Source of the DNA: Chiloscyllium plagiosum
Lineage: Eukaryota
Direction of reading: 5' to 3'
DNA length: 64,000 nt
NCBI RefSeq assembly: GCF_004010195.1
Contig: NC_057749.1
Location: forward strand, 16,370,524 to 16,434,523
Shown in pieces: positions 51,015 through 62,800 of this stretch (positions are counted from its first letter, which is position 1; each line of letters opens with the position of its first letter). The notes beneath the pieces were generated by a model that saw only the letters and a program-made list of their open reading frames with translations, did not search any database and had not been told where the DNA came from. Position numbers and translations under genes: made by a program.

Positions 51015-51062
51015 CTGGCGCTCTCCTGCCAGTCCAGGCCGCGCACTCGTCTCTGGCCCCAT
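51015..51062 (-). CDS. TTLL13: Predicted TTLL13-like exon 1 coding part (MGPETSARPGLAGERQ)
   Basis: ATG in strong Kozak context (acgATGg), 16 open codons, consensus donor CAG|gtgagt at 51015/51014, inside the CpG island. Confidence 0.65.
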
Positions 51063-51063
51063 C

Positions 51064-51461
51064 GTCGCCCTGGCAACTAGACGCCACCTCCGATTGGTTC
51101 AGGGAATACGCCTTGCTATTGGCCAACTGGTCTCCGCAATACCGATTGGTCGCCTAGCGACACCAGCTCGCCTATTATTGGCTGTTAATCGTCGGCCCCC
51201 TCCTATTGGCTCTGAGTAGAGTCCAGGTGCTCTGATTGGGTGGTGACCACGCGATTCAATTGGTTGAGATAATCTTTATTTCTGATTGGTTCCTCCTGGA
51301 GATCCTCGTCAATGGTTTTTCTTAAATTCCAATTTTATTTCAGATTTCTATCACCTGTGACTTTCAGGGTTTCAGTTTTCATTCTCTCTCCGATTAATTT
51401 TTGACGGTGAACAGCCCCGAGAAACCATGGTAACGGACAGTGTCCATGACGTCAGAGCAAG
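51064..51461. promoter_or_regulatory. Bidirectional CpG-island promoter shared by TTLL13 and GDPGP1
   Basis: ATTGG at 51093, 51118, 51145, 51177, 51205, 51235, 51259 and 51285; X-box-like GTCGCCCTGGCAAC (51064-51077), GTCGCCTAGCGAC (51149-51161) and CCATGGTAAC (51425-51434); CRE TGACGTCA (51447-51454); YY1 motif CAAGATGGCGGC over the GDPGP1 ATG. Confidence 0.8.
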
Positions 51462-52634
51462 ATGGCGGCGCCCATGGAGCCGGGTGGAGGCTCGGGCCCG
51501 GCCCCGGCCTGGGAGCAGGCCCCGGTCTTTGTTTACTCGGAGGAAGATCTGATCCGGGCTGGGGTCCGCCGGGGCGGCTCGGGCTCCCGCTTCGACACGG
51601 CTCTGCTCTCGGCCTGGGAGGAGCGGCTGTCCGCCGGCTGCTTCCGTTACCGCCTGCCGCGCCGGGGCCTCCCGAGCCGCGTCCTGCCGGGGCCCCGGGG
51701 CCTGGTGGTGCAGTTGAACCCCGAGCGGGCCCGCGAGCGGCGGCCGCCGCAGGAGATCCTCAGCCTCCGGCAGCCCTTCGACCCGCAGCGGTTCAACTTC
51801 ACCCGCATCCCGGCCCAGGAGGTGCTGTTCCGCCTCCGGAGGCGGGGTCTGGGAGAGGCCGGGGATGTGGATGAGGCCGAGGCCGAGGCCTTGCTGGTCA
51901 TTAACGTCAGTCCGTTAGAGTGGGGCCACGTCCTGCTGCTGCCTGAACCGTCCCGCCGCCTCCCGCAGCTCCTCACCCGGGAATCGGTGCTCCGGGCCCT
52001 GGAGCTTCTCTTCCTGAGCTCGGATCCCGGTTTCCGCGTCGGCTTCAACAGCCTGGGCGCCGAGGCCTCGGTCAACCACCTCCACCTTCACGGTTACTAC
52101 CTGGGCCAGCGCCTGGAGCTGGAGTGGGCGGCCACCCGGCCTCTGCTGGAGTCCGGGGCACTGGCCTCGGCCCACTTCCTCCCCGTCCACCTGCTGTCCG
52201 AGCACCCGGCCCGCGGCCTGGTCCTCTACACGGACGGCGGTGATGGAGGCCTGGCCCGGGCTGCCCACACCCTCCACGCCCTGACTGGCCTCCTCATCCG
52301 CCGTTCCCTCGCCCACAACCTCTTTCTGACCCGGGGCTGCCCGCTCGGCTCTCCGGCGCCTGGCCAAGCCTCTTCTGTGGACCGGGACGGCGCCCGGATC
52401 GTCCTGTGGCCACGCCGCAGCTGCTTCGGGGCCAAGGACCCTACGGCCTTCACCGTGGCTCTGTGCGAGCTGGCCGGCCACTGGCCCCTCAAAACCCCGC
52501 AGGAGTACAGCAGCCTGACCGAGGAGCAGGCGTTGGGAATGGTCCGCCGATACTCACTGCCCGAGCAGGAATACTCCCAGCTCCTCTCGGAGATAATACA
52601 ACTTCTCCAGGGTGACCAACATGAGCAGCGATAG
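51462..52634 (+). CDS. GDPGP1: GDP-D-glucose phosphorylase 1 (VTC2-related HIT-family protein), single coding exon, 390 aa
   Basis: Intact ORF with FRY.L, QLN..R...RR, FDP..FNF, INVSPLEWGHVLL, GFNSLG..ASVNHLHLHGYY (HIT motif), HNLFLTRG and ALCELAGH; strong Kozak aagATGg. Confidence 0.97.
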   Translation: MAAPMEPGGGSGPAPAWEQAPVFVYSEEDLIRAGVRRGGSGSRFDTALLSAWEERLSAGCFRYRLPRRGLPSRVLPGPRGLVVQLNPERARERRPPQEILSLRQPFDPQRFNFTRIPAQEVLFRLRRRGLGEAGDVDEAEAEALLVINVSPLEWGHVLLLPEPSRRLPQLLTRESVLRALELLFLSSDPGFRVGFNSLGAEASVNHLHLHGYYLGQRLELEWAATRPLLESGALASAHFLPVHLLSEHPARGLVLYTDGGDGGLARAAHTLHALTGLLIRRSLAHNLFLTRGCPLGSPAPGQASSVDRDGARIVLWPRRSCFGAKDPTAFTVALCELAGHWPLKTPQEYSSLTEEQALGMVRRYSLPEQEYSQLLSEIIQLLQGDQHEQR

Positions 52635-52867
52635 GCCATTCAACCCCTTGCACCTGCTCCTAACCCCAAAGATCCAGTTAAAGCCTCAACTCTCATTTGC
52701 TAACTCTGTTTTTGTCACAATGACGAAGTACTGATATGTGATATTATGTCTGAACTAGTGTTCCAGAGACTCAATTTTCTGGATACATGGATGTGAATCG
52801 CACTGCAGCAAATTTACAATTTAAAGATTCAGGAATAAAAAGGCTAGATTACTAACAACCATGCAAC

Positions 52868-52993
52868 TAGGAGAGAGTGAGGACTGCACATGCTAGAGAG
52901 TCCGAGTCGAAAGGTGTGATGCTGGAAAAGCAGAGCAGGTCGGGCACCATACGAGGAGCAAGAGAGTTGATATTTCAGGCGTAAGCCCTTCGA
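52868..52993 (-). mobile_element. Neptune-type PLE terminus nested in a SINE downstream of GDPGP1
   Basis: Reverse complement of the 17650-17768 pattern, including gaagggcttacgcctgaaatatc; imperfect TSD catgcaa/cgtgcaa. Confidence 0.6.
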
Positions 52994-53399
52994 CGTGCAA
53001 TTGCTTGATTATTCTAAAAACCCAGCTTATTCTCTCATGCCCTTTAGGGAGGGAGCCTCTGCCATCTTTACCTCCCCTAGTCTGCACTTGATCCTAGACC
53101 CATGCAATGTGCTTAACTCTTAATTGTTTGTGGAAAAGATGCCCACTTTCTAGGAACAAGTACATTTGCATACCATTCAATGCAATAAAAGCAGAGCTAA
53201 CCCAGTTTCTGCTATTAACCCCTGTTATCACATGTACTTGTCCGTACTCTACTATCATGAACAATCTCTTTGCCTTTGTTTTATGGCAGCTGTTTGATTT
53301 TCTGCTCCTCCCCCCCCCCCTTTTTCAGCAGCATATAAAATCCTATCTGACTCAAAAGTGAACTCTTTCTCTGTCCACAGAAGTTGGTAGCTACTTCCA

Positions 53400-53885
53400 G
53401 TCATCAAGATGTACAGCATTCGGTCCAACCTGTCCATGCCGACTGGATATCCTAACCCAATCTAATCCCACCTGCCAGCACCTGGCCCATATCCCTCCAA
53501 ATCCTTCCTATTCATGTATCCATCCAAATGCCTCTTAAATGTTGCAATTGTACCAGCCTCCACCACATCCTCTGGCAGCGCATTTCATTCACGTACCACC
53601 CTCTGAGTGAAAATGTTGCCCCATAGGTCTCTTTTATATCTTTCCCCTCTCGCCCTAAACCCTCTAATTCTGGACTCCCTGACCCCAGGGAAAAAACTTT
53701 GCCTATTTATCCTATCCATGCCCCTCATAATTTTGTAAATCTCTATAATAATGTCACCCCTCAGCCTCTGATGCTTCAGGGAAAACAGCCCCAACCTGTT
53801 CAGACTCTCCCAATAGCTCAAATCCTCCAACCCTGGCAACATCCTTGTAAATCTTTTCTGAACCCTTTCAAGTTTCACAATATCT
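53400..53885 (-). mobile_element. CR1 LINE 3' fragment
   Basis: ORF 53585-53878 [20 protein letters not shown]...FTQRVV. Confidence 0.9.
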
Positions 53886-56619
53886 CCTTTTTAACATATT
53901 CGATAACTCTGTGCCTCCATCACTCCAACAAAGAGTTCCACAGATCCTTAATTGAGGAAAAAATGTTCTCACCTGTGTCTTAAATGGGAGACCCCTTATC
54001 TTTAAGTTGGATTCTCTGTCTCTGATCTCTCCTTTTAAGGGGGAGGGATCATCCCCACAACATCCACCCTGTCAAGTCCCCAGGATCTTGTGTGTTTCAG
54101 TAAGATTTGAGAGTCTGAATGACCAACTCGTGATACTTGTTAGAATTCCTGTCATTCTTCTAAACTCCAGTGGACATAGATCCAAATTGACCACCTAAGA
54201 TAAGTTGCCTCAAGAAGAAATCACTTTTCTGAACTGCTAGTCGTATAACGATTTCTTGAGTAAAGTGTATTTTATCTACACAGTGTTACCAATGCCTTGG
54301 CTGACCATAATGGATTCCAGCATTTCTTGAATTCCTAAATGGTCACTGCAATTCCTTTGTGCCACAAAGCTAAGGTAAATAGCAAAACAGATGCTGGATG
54401 CTCACGTGTGCATGATATATGTTTAATTTACTTGAGTTCAGGAATTGAATCGGCTGCTTAAATGTTTACCAAGACAGAGGCTCACTGTTAGAGGTTTTGA
54501 TCTGTGTGGTGACTCCTTTTGAGGAAAGACATGCACTTGGACATCCAATGAGAGTTGGCCAACAACCCTACTCTCCCACTGATGAGCAGCCTCGCGATAC
54601 AATTGAAACCCCTGCTCGAAGTGGTCAGTGAAGCACAGCCAGAAATTGGGAGATGAATTTGCAGTATAAGTCACAATCTTCAGAGGGCAAGGAGGGGAAT
54701 TCTCTATTTGAGACCCGTCTCTGTGCAATGCCTTTGTCAGACTCAAACCCCACTTCACTATTGAGAAACATTTAGGACTTGGAGAATTCTGATTTTTCAT
54801 CAAATGATCAGCATTGGAGTGTGGAAAACAGTGAATGGGTAAACATTTTCAGTAGCATTGACAGCCACATGTACTGACATTTCTGAAATGTTGATTGAAG
54901 ATGCCAATGGGTGAAAATAGTTTGGAACATCACTGTCTCTGAGTGAAATTATGATGTACAGACTGAAGAATAGGATCTTCATTAACCATTGTTTTCAGAA
55001 GCAATTAATCATTCTTCCTAACTTTTGGAAAACTCAGGGGAACTTTATGTTGACTTTCTTTTATAAAGGTGATTGAACAATTGCATAGTCCATTAAATAA
55101 TCGATTTCTGTTTGGTGTTTGTTACATAAAGTTCATGTAATGTGGACATACAAAGATGGATGATTAAAATAAAAATTCCCGCACATTCCTGTGTTCCACG
55201 TGAAGATGTTCAAGTATGGGATACATTCCACAGGTGGGGCCTTTAAAGAAAGACATTTCTATGGACCCTTCTGCCACATTGGAACATTTTGAAGTATTTT
55301 ACTGCCAATTAAGTACTTTTAAAATGTGTGGGTATTGTTATAATGTTTGAAACACAGCTGCTGATTTGCGCATAAAGTGCCCAGAAACAACCAGATCATC
55401 TGTGTTTGTGATGTTCGGGCATTAAATACTGTCATGGTTCCTAGGGTGAGCTTTGATTTAAACTGTAATTAAAAAGGCCAAGGAGTATGCACAAATTTTA
55501 AGGGAAACTGGATAATTACTTGAAAAATGTTTAATCAAAATGTAGGGAATAGGTTGGATGGGTACCACCAATTGCACTTTTATGTATGTGTTATAATTTT
55601 CATGAATTGAATTGGTGCCTGTACTTCATTGCAATGTCTTATTAAATATAATTTATAAAAGCAAGTGAATCATATTTACTCAATACTAAGAGGCACATTA
55701 CAAGAACATGGTGCACATCAAGAATTGTAGTTGATCATGACTGAATACAGATATCAGTGCAGTGGTCTACTTTCCAATGCTGCTTGTTAACTTTATGGTG
55801 ATACATTTCCAAATAATATATGGACTCCTGTTTAGGAGGCTGAGCAGGCAGCTTGTTACACTGCCCTCTCCAGAGGCAATTCTGTTTGTGGAGCTTCAAA
55901 GCCTGAAATGTTTGAGTAGAAATCTTCAAGTTGTTAGAATTGAAAATGTTTAGACCATCAGAATTGTGTAAGGTTCATGCAGCATCTGTGAAGAGAAAGC
56001 AGAGTTAACGTCCCAGTCCAGTCACCCACCTGAGCATTAAATCTACTTTCTCTTTTCAGATGCTGGCACACTTGGTCTGTTGTAAACTCAGCCATATAAA
56101 CATTACATGCATTAACCTGCAATCAAATGCTTTCTTGGAATTGATGCACTCACTGTTCAAAAGCACATTCTGACTCATTTTATTATTTAATTTTTATTAT
56201 ATAAAAACTAGCCTATATCCATCTGCCTCTATTTTAAAATCCAAGTCGCAAAATATGTGCATTAACTATCTTTCGTCACAATATGCATTTATATACTCAA
56301 AGTGCTGCATTGGATCTGAATTTCCTGTATACAAATAATTGTGGTTTAGGCCAACATAGGCTTGTCTTTCCCCATTAAAAATTGTGTCGGAATTTCCAAT
56401 TCCTTCTGCTGTGCTAAGCTGGAATAACAGTCGATAAAACGTGGAACTGGAAAAAGCACAGCTCCATATTCCACGGACTCTGACTTTCCAGCATCTACAG
56501 TCCTCTCTATTTCCGAGCTGACGGTCTAGTTGGCTCCGTTATAATGTTGTTTCCCTATAAACGTCGCTATTTTAATTGTTTTATTCCTATTGAGATATGT
56601 AACTTTCTAAACAACAATC

Positions 56620-57290
56620 TTTTAGTCCCCCGTGGGGTTGAGGAACATGTGAACCAGGTGCAGACGCGATGGCCCGAATGGTCTCATGCTGCTCTTGTGG
56701 AACTGCAACAATAGGTGGCTCTGCGGAGCCCCTTTCTGGAATCTTTCCCCAACTTCCGCGTTAAGTTGTTCTCAGGTCAGTAAAGTTTTGAAACTCGGTT
56801 CTATTTTAAATGTTGGACTTTACTTTCCCTTTTGAGTAACTCTAGTTTCCTCCCGCTCCCATCCCTCTCTCTGTCGGGCTCTGAGCCGCTGCTTCCCAGC
56901 CCCGGGATCCCATCTGAAAAGGAACGGCCCCTCCTGCTTTCCCAGACCGAACGGAGCGACGCAGCGCTGGGGGGGGATCCTAGCAGGTAACCCGGTGACT
57001 CTGAGCAAAGGAGCAACCTAGAGAGAGAGAGAGAAGCAAGTCTGAGACTAGTGCTGGAACAGAGTCTTAAAAAGAACAATATTTATCTCCTACTTTGACA
57101 TTGCTGTAAAGTTTGTTTGGGGGTGGGGAAGGAGAGAGACAACAGTTTTTTTTGTGGGAGAAGGTTTGGCTGAGAAACCCATAAAGTAAGTGGACATTTG
57201 GAAGTCAGTGGCTGCGTTAGTGTTTGCTGCCCGCTAGCTTCTCCTGATCCGTCTGCCCAACTCCGCAATTTCCAACTGAACCACCTCGGA
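56620..57290 (+). promoter_or_regulatory. CpG-enriched patch with candidate non-coding first exon (donor CAG|gtaacc at 56986/56987)
   Basis: Local CpG/GC enrichment in non-repetitive sequence, ETS-like acttccgc near 56752, consensus donor; no coding signal recognised. Confidence 0.45.
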
Positions 57291-57439
57291 GGAGTTTGAC
57301 TCAAGACAGACTGGATATTTTCTTTGGGACAGAACACTCTTTCTCAATTTCTTCCCCCCCCCCCACCCCCGTCTTTCCAATTCCACTCAAAACCTTTCCT
57401 CTCTCCCCAACGCCAATGAGGGAATCTGTGACCAAGGGA

Positions 57440-59370
57440 AAGTTGATTCACAGTCTGTTAGTTACACTGGATGTGGTCCAGAGAGGGTTCACAAGGTCAA
57501 TCCTTGGAAAGAAAGGGTTTGCGTTCTGAAAGATTGAGCATTCGTGGAATTAGAATGAGTTATTCTGAAATGTCTGGAGAGGGGAGATACTGAGAAGATG
57601 ATTCTTCTCACTGCTGTCCTGAGATGGTGACCCCCAGTTTTAAAATGATGCTCCCTAACTCCGGACTGACCCACACAAGGAAACGTCCTTTCCACGTCTA
57701 CCTTGTCAAGACTATTCAACCAAGTCACCCCTCGTTCTACTAAACTCTTGTGGAAACAAGCCTGGTCTGTCCAACCGTTCCTTATGAGAAAACCCAGTGA
57801 TTTCAGGTATCAATCTTGTATACCTTCCCTAATATATTTACATCGCTAAATAAGGAGACAAAACTGCAACCAATTTTGAAGATATGGTCTCACTAATGTC
57901 CTGTATAACTGGAGGAATAATATTCTTACTTTTATGTTCAATTCCTCTTGTATTAGAAAACAATATCCTTGATACATGTTGTATTGGTTCACTAACCTTT
58001 TGTGACTCATATACCATTACCTCTAAATCTCTCTGCATTTCTCAGTTCTGCATTGTCTGTTTAAGTAATATTCTGCTTTTGACAGAAAGAATTAAAAAGT
58101 GAGCGTTTTCTCCTTTTCCTACCTTGTACTCTCTGCCTGTCAGATTTTTACACATTCACTCAACCTGCCTATATCCATCTGCAATGAAAACATTAGGGTC
58201 TAGGCTACCTTCTTAAATATTTTGAGGCTTCTGGCCTGGTCCATAACAATTGTGATTGTCTTTTTTTTAATTTTCAGCACTGATGACATGCAGTTGTTTG
58301 TCTGTAATGATCTTTCTTTGATTCAATGCTGGGTCTTCTTAGAATGATTCATTTTCAGCTTTCTTGGTTCTTATGCTGCTTTCCTACACAGAGAGAGAAA
58401 TGCTTTTAGGTTATAGGGTCTCAAATTTTCTCTCTCACTGCCTTTCTAACACTGTAGCTCTGCCAATCAAAGAGCTATTGTCAGGTAGAATTTTCTTAAT
58501 TGAGTAGATTGTCAGTGCCACTCAGTCTTGAATTTTCCCCCTCACAGCTCCAAAAAGCAACAGTGAGATTCTTTTTCCTCAGATGGTGATAGCTAGCACA
58601 AGGAGGCATAGCTTTAAAGTGAGGGGTGATATATATGGGACAGATGTCAGAAGTAGGTTCTTTACTCAGAGTAATAGGGGTGTGGAATGCACTGCCTGCA
58701 ATAGTAGTAGACTCACCAACTTTAAGGGCATTTAAATAGTCATTGGATAAACATATGGATGAAAATGGAATAGTGTAGGATGGATTGGCTTCAGATTGGT
58801 TCCATAGGTCAGCACACCATTGAAGGCTGAAGGGCCTGTACTGCACTGTAATGTTCTATGTCTATGTCTAACTTCCTTATGTTTTCACAACATACCTTCC
58901 TACGTTTCTAGACTACCTGGAATGGGCAGGTTGTCTTATGAGGAAAGTTTGGTCATGCTGGGCTTGTATCCATTGGAGATTAGAAGAGTAAGAGGCACCT
59001 TGACTGAAACATATAAGATCATTTATATAAAGAGTCTTAACAGGGTGGATGTAGAATGAACATCTCTAACGAGAGAATCTAGAAGTTTAAGCGACTGTTT
59101 AAAAAGTGTCAGAGTCAGAGATGAGGTACTTTTTTTTCCCCTCTGACAGTCATGAGTCGTTGGAACATTCTTCCTCAGAAATTGCATAACTAGAATCTTT
59201 TTGATACTTTTAAAATAGAGGTGGATAGATTCTTGAGTAGTAATAGGATGAAAGGTGATTATCAGGGGTAGGTGGATATGTGGATAATCAAATCAGCCAT
59301 GCTGTTATTGAATGGTGAAGTAGGTTAAAGGGGCCAAGTGGCCAACTCATAACTTGTACGTTTTTCTTAA
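57440..59370. mobile_element. Cluster of CR1 fragments in both orientations
   Basis: gtccagagagggttcacaagg (+), antisense ORFs 57489-57728 and 57838-58038, plus-strand 3' ends at 58575-58870 and 58900-59370. Confidence 0.7.
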
Positions 59371-60317
59371 CATTCATTTATTAGAAAACTCAAGAAGACT
59401 CAAGCCTGAGTCTTTCAGGGAATAGGATTTAGAACACAGGCTCAGTATTAATATCATAATATTTTGACAATGTCATTAGTGAAAAGGAAACATGGGAGTT
59501 GAAAATGGAATTATTGTCATAGTATTTGTGAATCCCCTTCTGGTTTTGAGTAACTGGTCACCCAGGAAGCCCAATGCATGACAAAACACTGATATAGAGT
59601 TCAGATTTGAATGCGGTTAGTCATAGTTTTAGTAAAATTATTTTATTGACTCTGTTCCCAGGAGTCCTACATCCTGTTAGTAATTTGAAAGAGTTTGCAA
59701 GAGTTAAGTGGATGATTACTGAGATTTCAATAGTACAGCTATAATTTGCATAAAGAGCCAGTGAGCAGAACTGATAGCAGGTCAACATTTGTTTGTTTAT
59801 TACTTTACAATGCTTCCACAGTTCAGTACTGCATTGTTTCCTCATACACAGCAATAATAAATAGCTGCTTGTGTTTCATTATTGGTGAAAGGAAAACGTG
59901 TGAGCTTTTAAAGGAGGAAGTTTGCTAAATTCATAAATTGGCACTGATGGGAATTTTGGATTGAAGTTACAGCCAAGAATTGATGAGAACTTTCATTCTA
60001 TAATTTTAATGGTAGTTCAAAATGAATAAGCTCAGTTTGATTCTGGTGAGAGTTTGGTGCCAGGAGCTCAGAGCTCAGTTTTACAGAGGGTTGGTAGTCC
60101 AGCAAATCCTCAATGTATTCGGAATTAAATGTGTGAACTGTAATAGGTCAGGACAAGTACAACAAAATGTGTTTCTTTAGTGCCTTTCATGGCAACAGGA
60201 CATTCCAAAGTGCTTTTCAAAGAGTTTTAATGTAGGAGAGACAGTAGCATGATAATTTATTTGTGCGATGTTAATCGGAGCACCTCATTAACCGATGTTA
60301 ATGAAGTGCTCATTGAT

Positions 60318-60630
60318 TAGCACCTCAGACCCGGGTTCAATTCCACCCTCGGACAACTGTGCAAACTTCACAAAGACATTCTCCACACGTCGGCGTGGGT
60401 TTCCTCCCACAGTCCAAAGATATGCAAGTTAGGTGGATTGGCCACACTAAATTTTCCCCATACTGCCCAGGGACGTGCAAAGTAGTTGAGTTAGTCATGG
60501 GAAATGCAGAGTTACACGGATAGGGGAGGGGAGGGGGGGGTTTGGGTGAGATGCTCTTCAGAGGGTTGGTGTGGACTCAATGGGCTAAATGGCCTACTTC
60601 CACACTGTACAGATCCTATCATTCTATGAT
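60318..60630 (+). mobile_element. HE1/V-SINE-like tRNA-derived SINE
   Basis: B-box gacccgggttcaattcc, V-domain gcgtgggtttcctcccacagtccaaaga, CR1-like tail. Confidence 0.8.
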
Positions 60631-61899
60631 TGGGATAAGGACTTTTGACCAGGACAGTGGGGAGAAATTTCATCTTCACCTTCAAATTAACACTGTGGAA
60701 TCTTATACATCCACCTGAGAAGGTGAATGTGGTATTCAGACTAACATATCCAAAGATTCAACCCTTGGTACTGCGCTGATTGGTCAATCTAGAGGTTTAT
60801 GCTCAAGTCACAGTTCTGCCAGGATGAAGGTCAGAATGGAACTGACAGGAAAACCTCTGTGATAGGACACAAACTAACCAAAGCAGCCCATGGTTGATTA
60901 TAGTTACTTCATTTGAAGTCGTCCAGTTGGAATGTAAGTGGATGGATTGAGAACTGAGACAAGGTGAATGGTAATGACTGGATCAGATCTATAACATATA
61001 ACAGGTTAAAGCACAGAACAGTTATTAAGGACACATCATAGCTGCAGAAGTAGCAAAGGAGAGAGAGATTTATACATTCTTCGTTGTTAGACTGAGATTT
61101 GGAACAAACAAAAAGGTGATACAGAAATAATTTGCAATTGAAACAGTGTTGTAGCAGATTCAACAATGAGAAACAATTGAAGATGCCATGAAGATTGAGA
61201 CTTGAGAGAAAAATCAGGATTGATGAAACTGTTTAAGCAGTGGCAAAAGGCTCATGTCATGAATTGAGTTAAAGGAAATTCATGTGGAGATTGTTTACAC
61301 CTGTTTACTGCAGCCACATGAGCCCATTATTACATTTCTTTAAACTCAAAGGCAGCAATTGTCTTTTCTGAAGTTGAACCATTATCAGCAGAATTTTAAG
61401 AAGTTTTTAAAAAATCTTTTGGAATGTGGGTGTCACTCGCAAGGCTAATATTTTCTTGAACTAAATGACTTAATAGGTCCATTCAGAAACTAGTTGAGTC
61501 AACCACTTGGGATTTGCTGGGGGTCTGGAGTTACATGTAGGCCAGACCAGATAAGGGTGGCAGATTTCCTTCCCTAAAGGAAATTAGTGAATTAGATGGA
61601 TTTTTTTTACCCACAATCAACAGTCATTCTTGGTTACTGTTATGGAGACTAGTTTTCAATTCTGGAATTTAAATACATGTCCTCAAAGTGTTTATTAGTC
61701 CAGTGACATTACCACAGTGCCCATATAGGTTTTCATTTCAATAGATTTCCTCTTCTGTGGTTTAACTATTGGGAGTATTTGGGTTTTGCAATCAGCACAA
61801 CACATCCTTGAGCAAATCTAATATTTAATGTCCTTTTCTTTTAGATATTGATAGTCACCCCATGTTTCTTTAGACCCTGTCAACATGTTGACTCTTGAC

Positions 61900-62800
61900 A
61901 TTATAGAGGTTTATAAAATCACAGGGTATAGATAAAGTGACTGTATCTTTCACATAGGATGGAGGATTTCAAGTCTAGCGGGCATATTTTTAAGATGAGA
62001 GGAGAAAGATTGAAAAAAGACATGGGTAATTTTTAACATAGTGGAATGAACTTCTGGGGAAGTGGTGGATGTGGGTACAGTTACAGTGTGTAAAAGACAT
62101 CTAGATAAGTTCATGAATAAGAAATGTTTGGAAGGATTTGGGCCAAGCACGGGCAGGTGGGATTACTTTAGGATTGTGATCGGCATGGACTGGTTGGACC
62201 AAGATGTCTGTTTCTGTGCCGTATGACTATTCATATATGCTCTCTATCGATGTACTAAGATATTCAAGCTATTGATTTAGACATGTAATTTCAAGTTAAT
62301 GGAAAACTTATTGGGAATAAAACAGTTAGGACTTACTTAGTGTTTAGTACCAGAGGAAGATGCAGCTGAATCCATCTGGTTTTGTCATCTCCCTTGCTGG
62401 GGATATAGAGTCCGAGAGGTCTGTGCGGGGAAACAGGCCCTTCAACCCAACTTGCTCGTACTGTCAAGTTTTAACAATGAGTCTACTCCCATTTCCCTGC
62501 ATTTGGTCTACATCCCTCCATACCTATCCGGTGTCTAAAATGTCTAAAAAGGAAATTTTATTCACCTCCACCTCTAGCTCTGGCGACCTTTTCCAGATAC
62601 TCATCACCCTGTCTGTGGGGAAACAAAATGCCCCTCTGAACTCTTTCCCCTCTCTCATTAACCGTATGCCCTCTAGTTTTAGATTCCCCCAGCCTGGGGT
62701 CAAGCTGTTGGTTATCTACCTTATCTATGCCACCCATGATTTTATAGACATCTCTAAGGCCACCCCTCAGCTTCTTATGCTGCCGTAAAGGAGTCCCAGC
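61900..62800. mobile_element. Two CR1 3' fragments, tail to tail
   Basis: Plus copy 61900-62230 (atagaggtttataaaatc...tgtgccgtatgactat) and minus copy 62400-62800. Confidence 0.65.

Noticed and set aside
50621-51080. ORFs with GQGQ, RDRS or GTG repeats that look like low-complexity proteins
   Set aside because: All frames of the G-rich minisatellite are open; there is no splice or homology support.
51093-51289. Regularly spaced short repeats with unique spacers, superficially CRISPR-like
   Set aside because: The repeat is only the 5-bp CCAAT core in a vertebrate promoter, and there are no cas genes.
51647-52639. Antisense and alternative-frame ORFs over GDPGP1
   Set aside because: Expected from stop-codon scarcity in very GC-rich coding DNA.
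60318-60360. tRNA-like B-box sequences here and in other SINE heads
   Set aside because: They continue into SINE bodies and do not form a full cloverleaf, so they are not tRNA genes.
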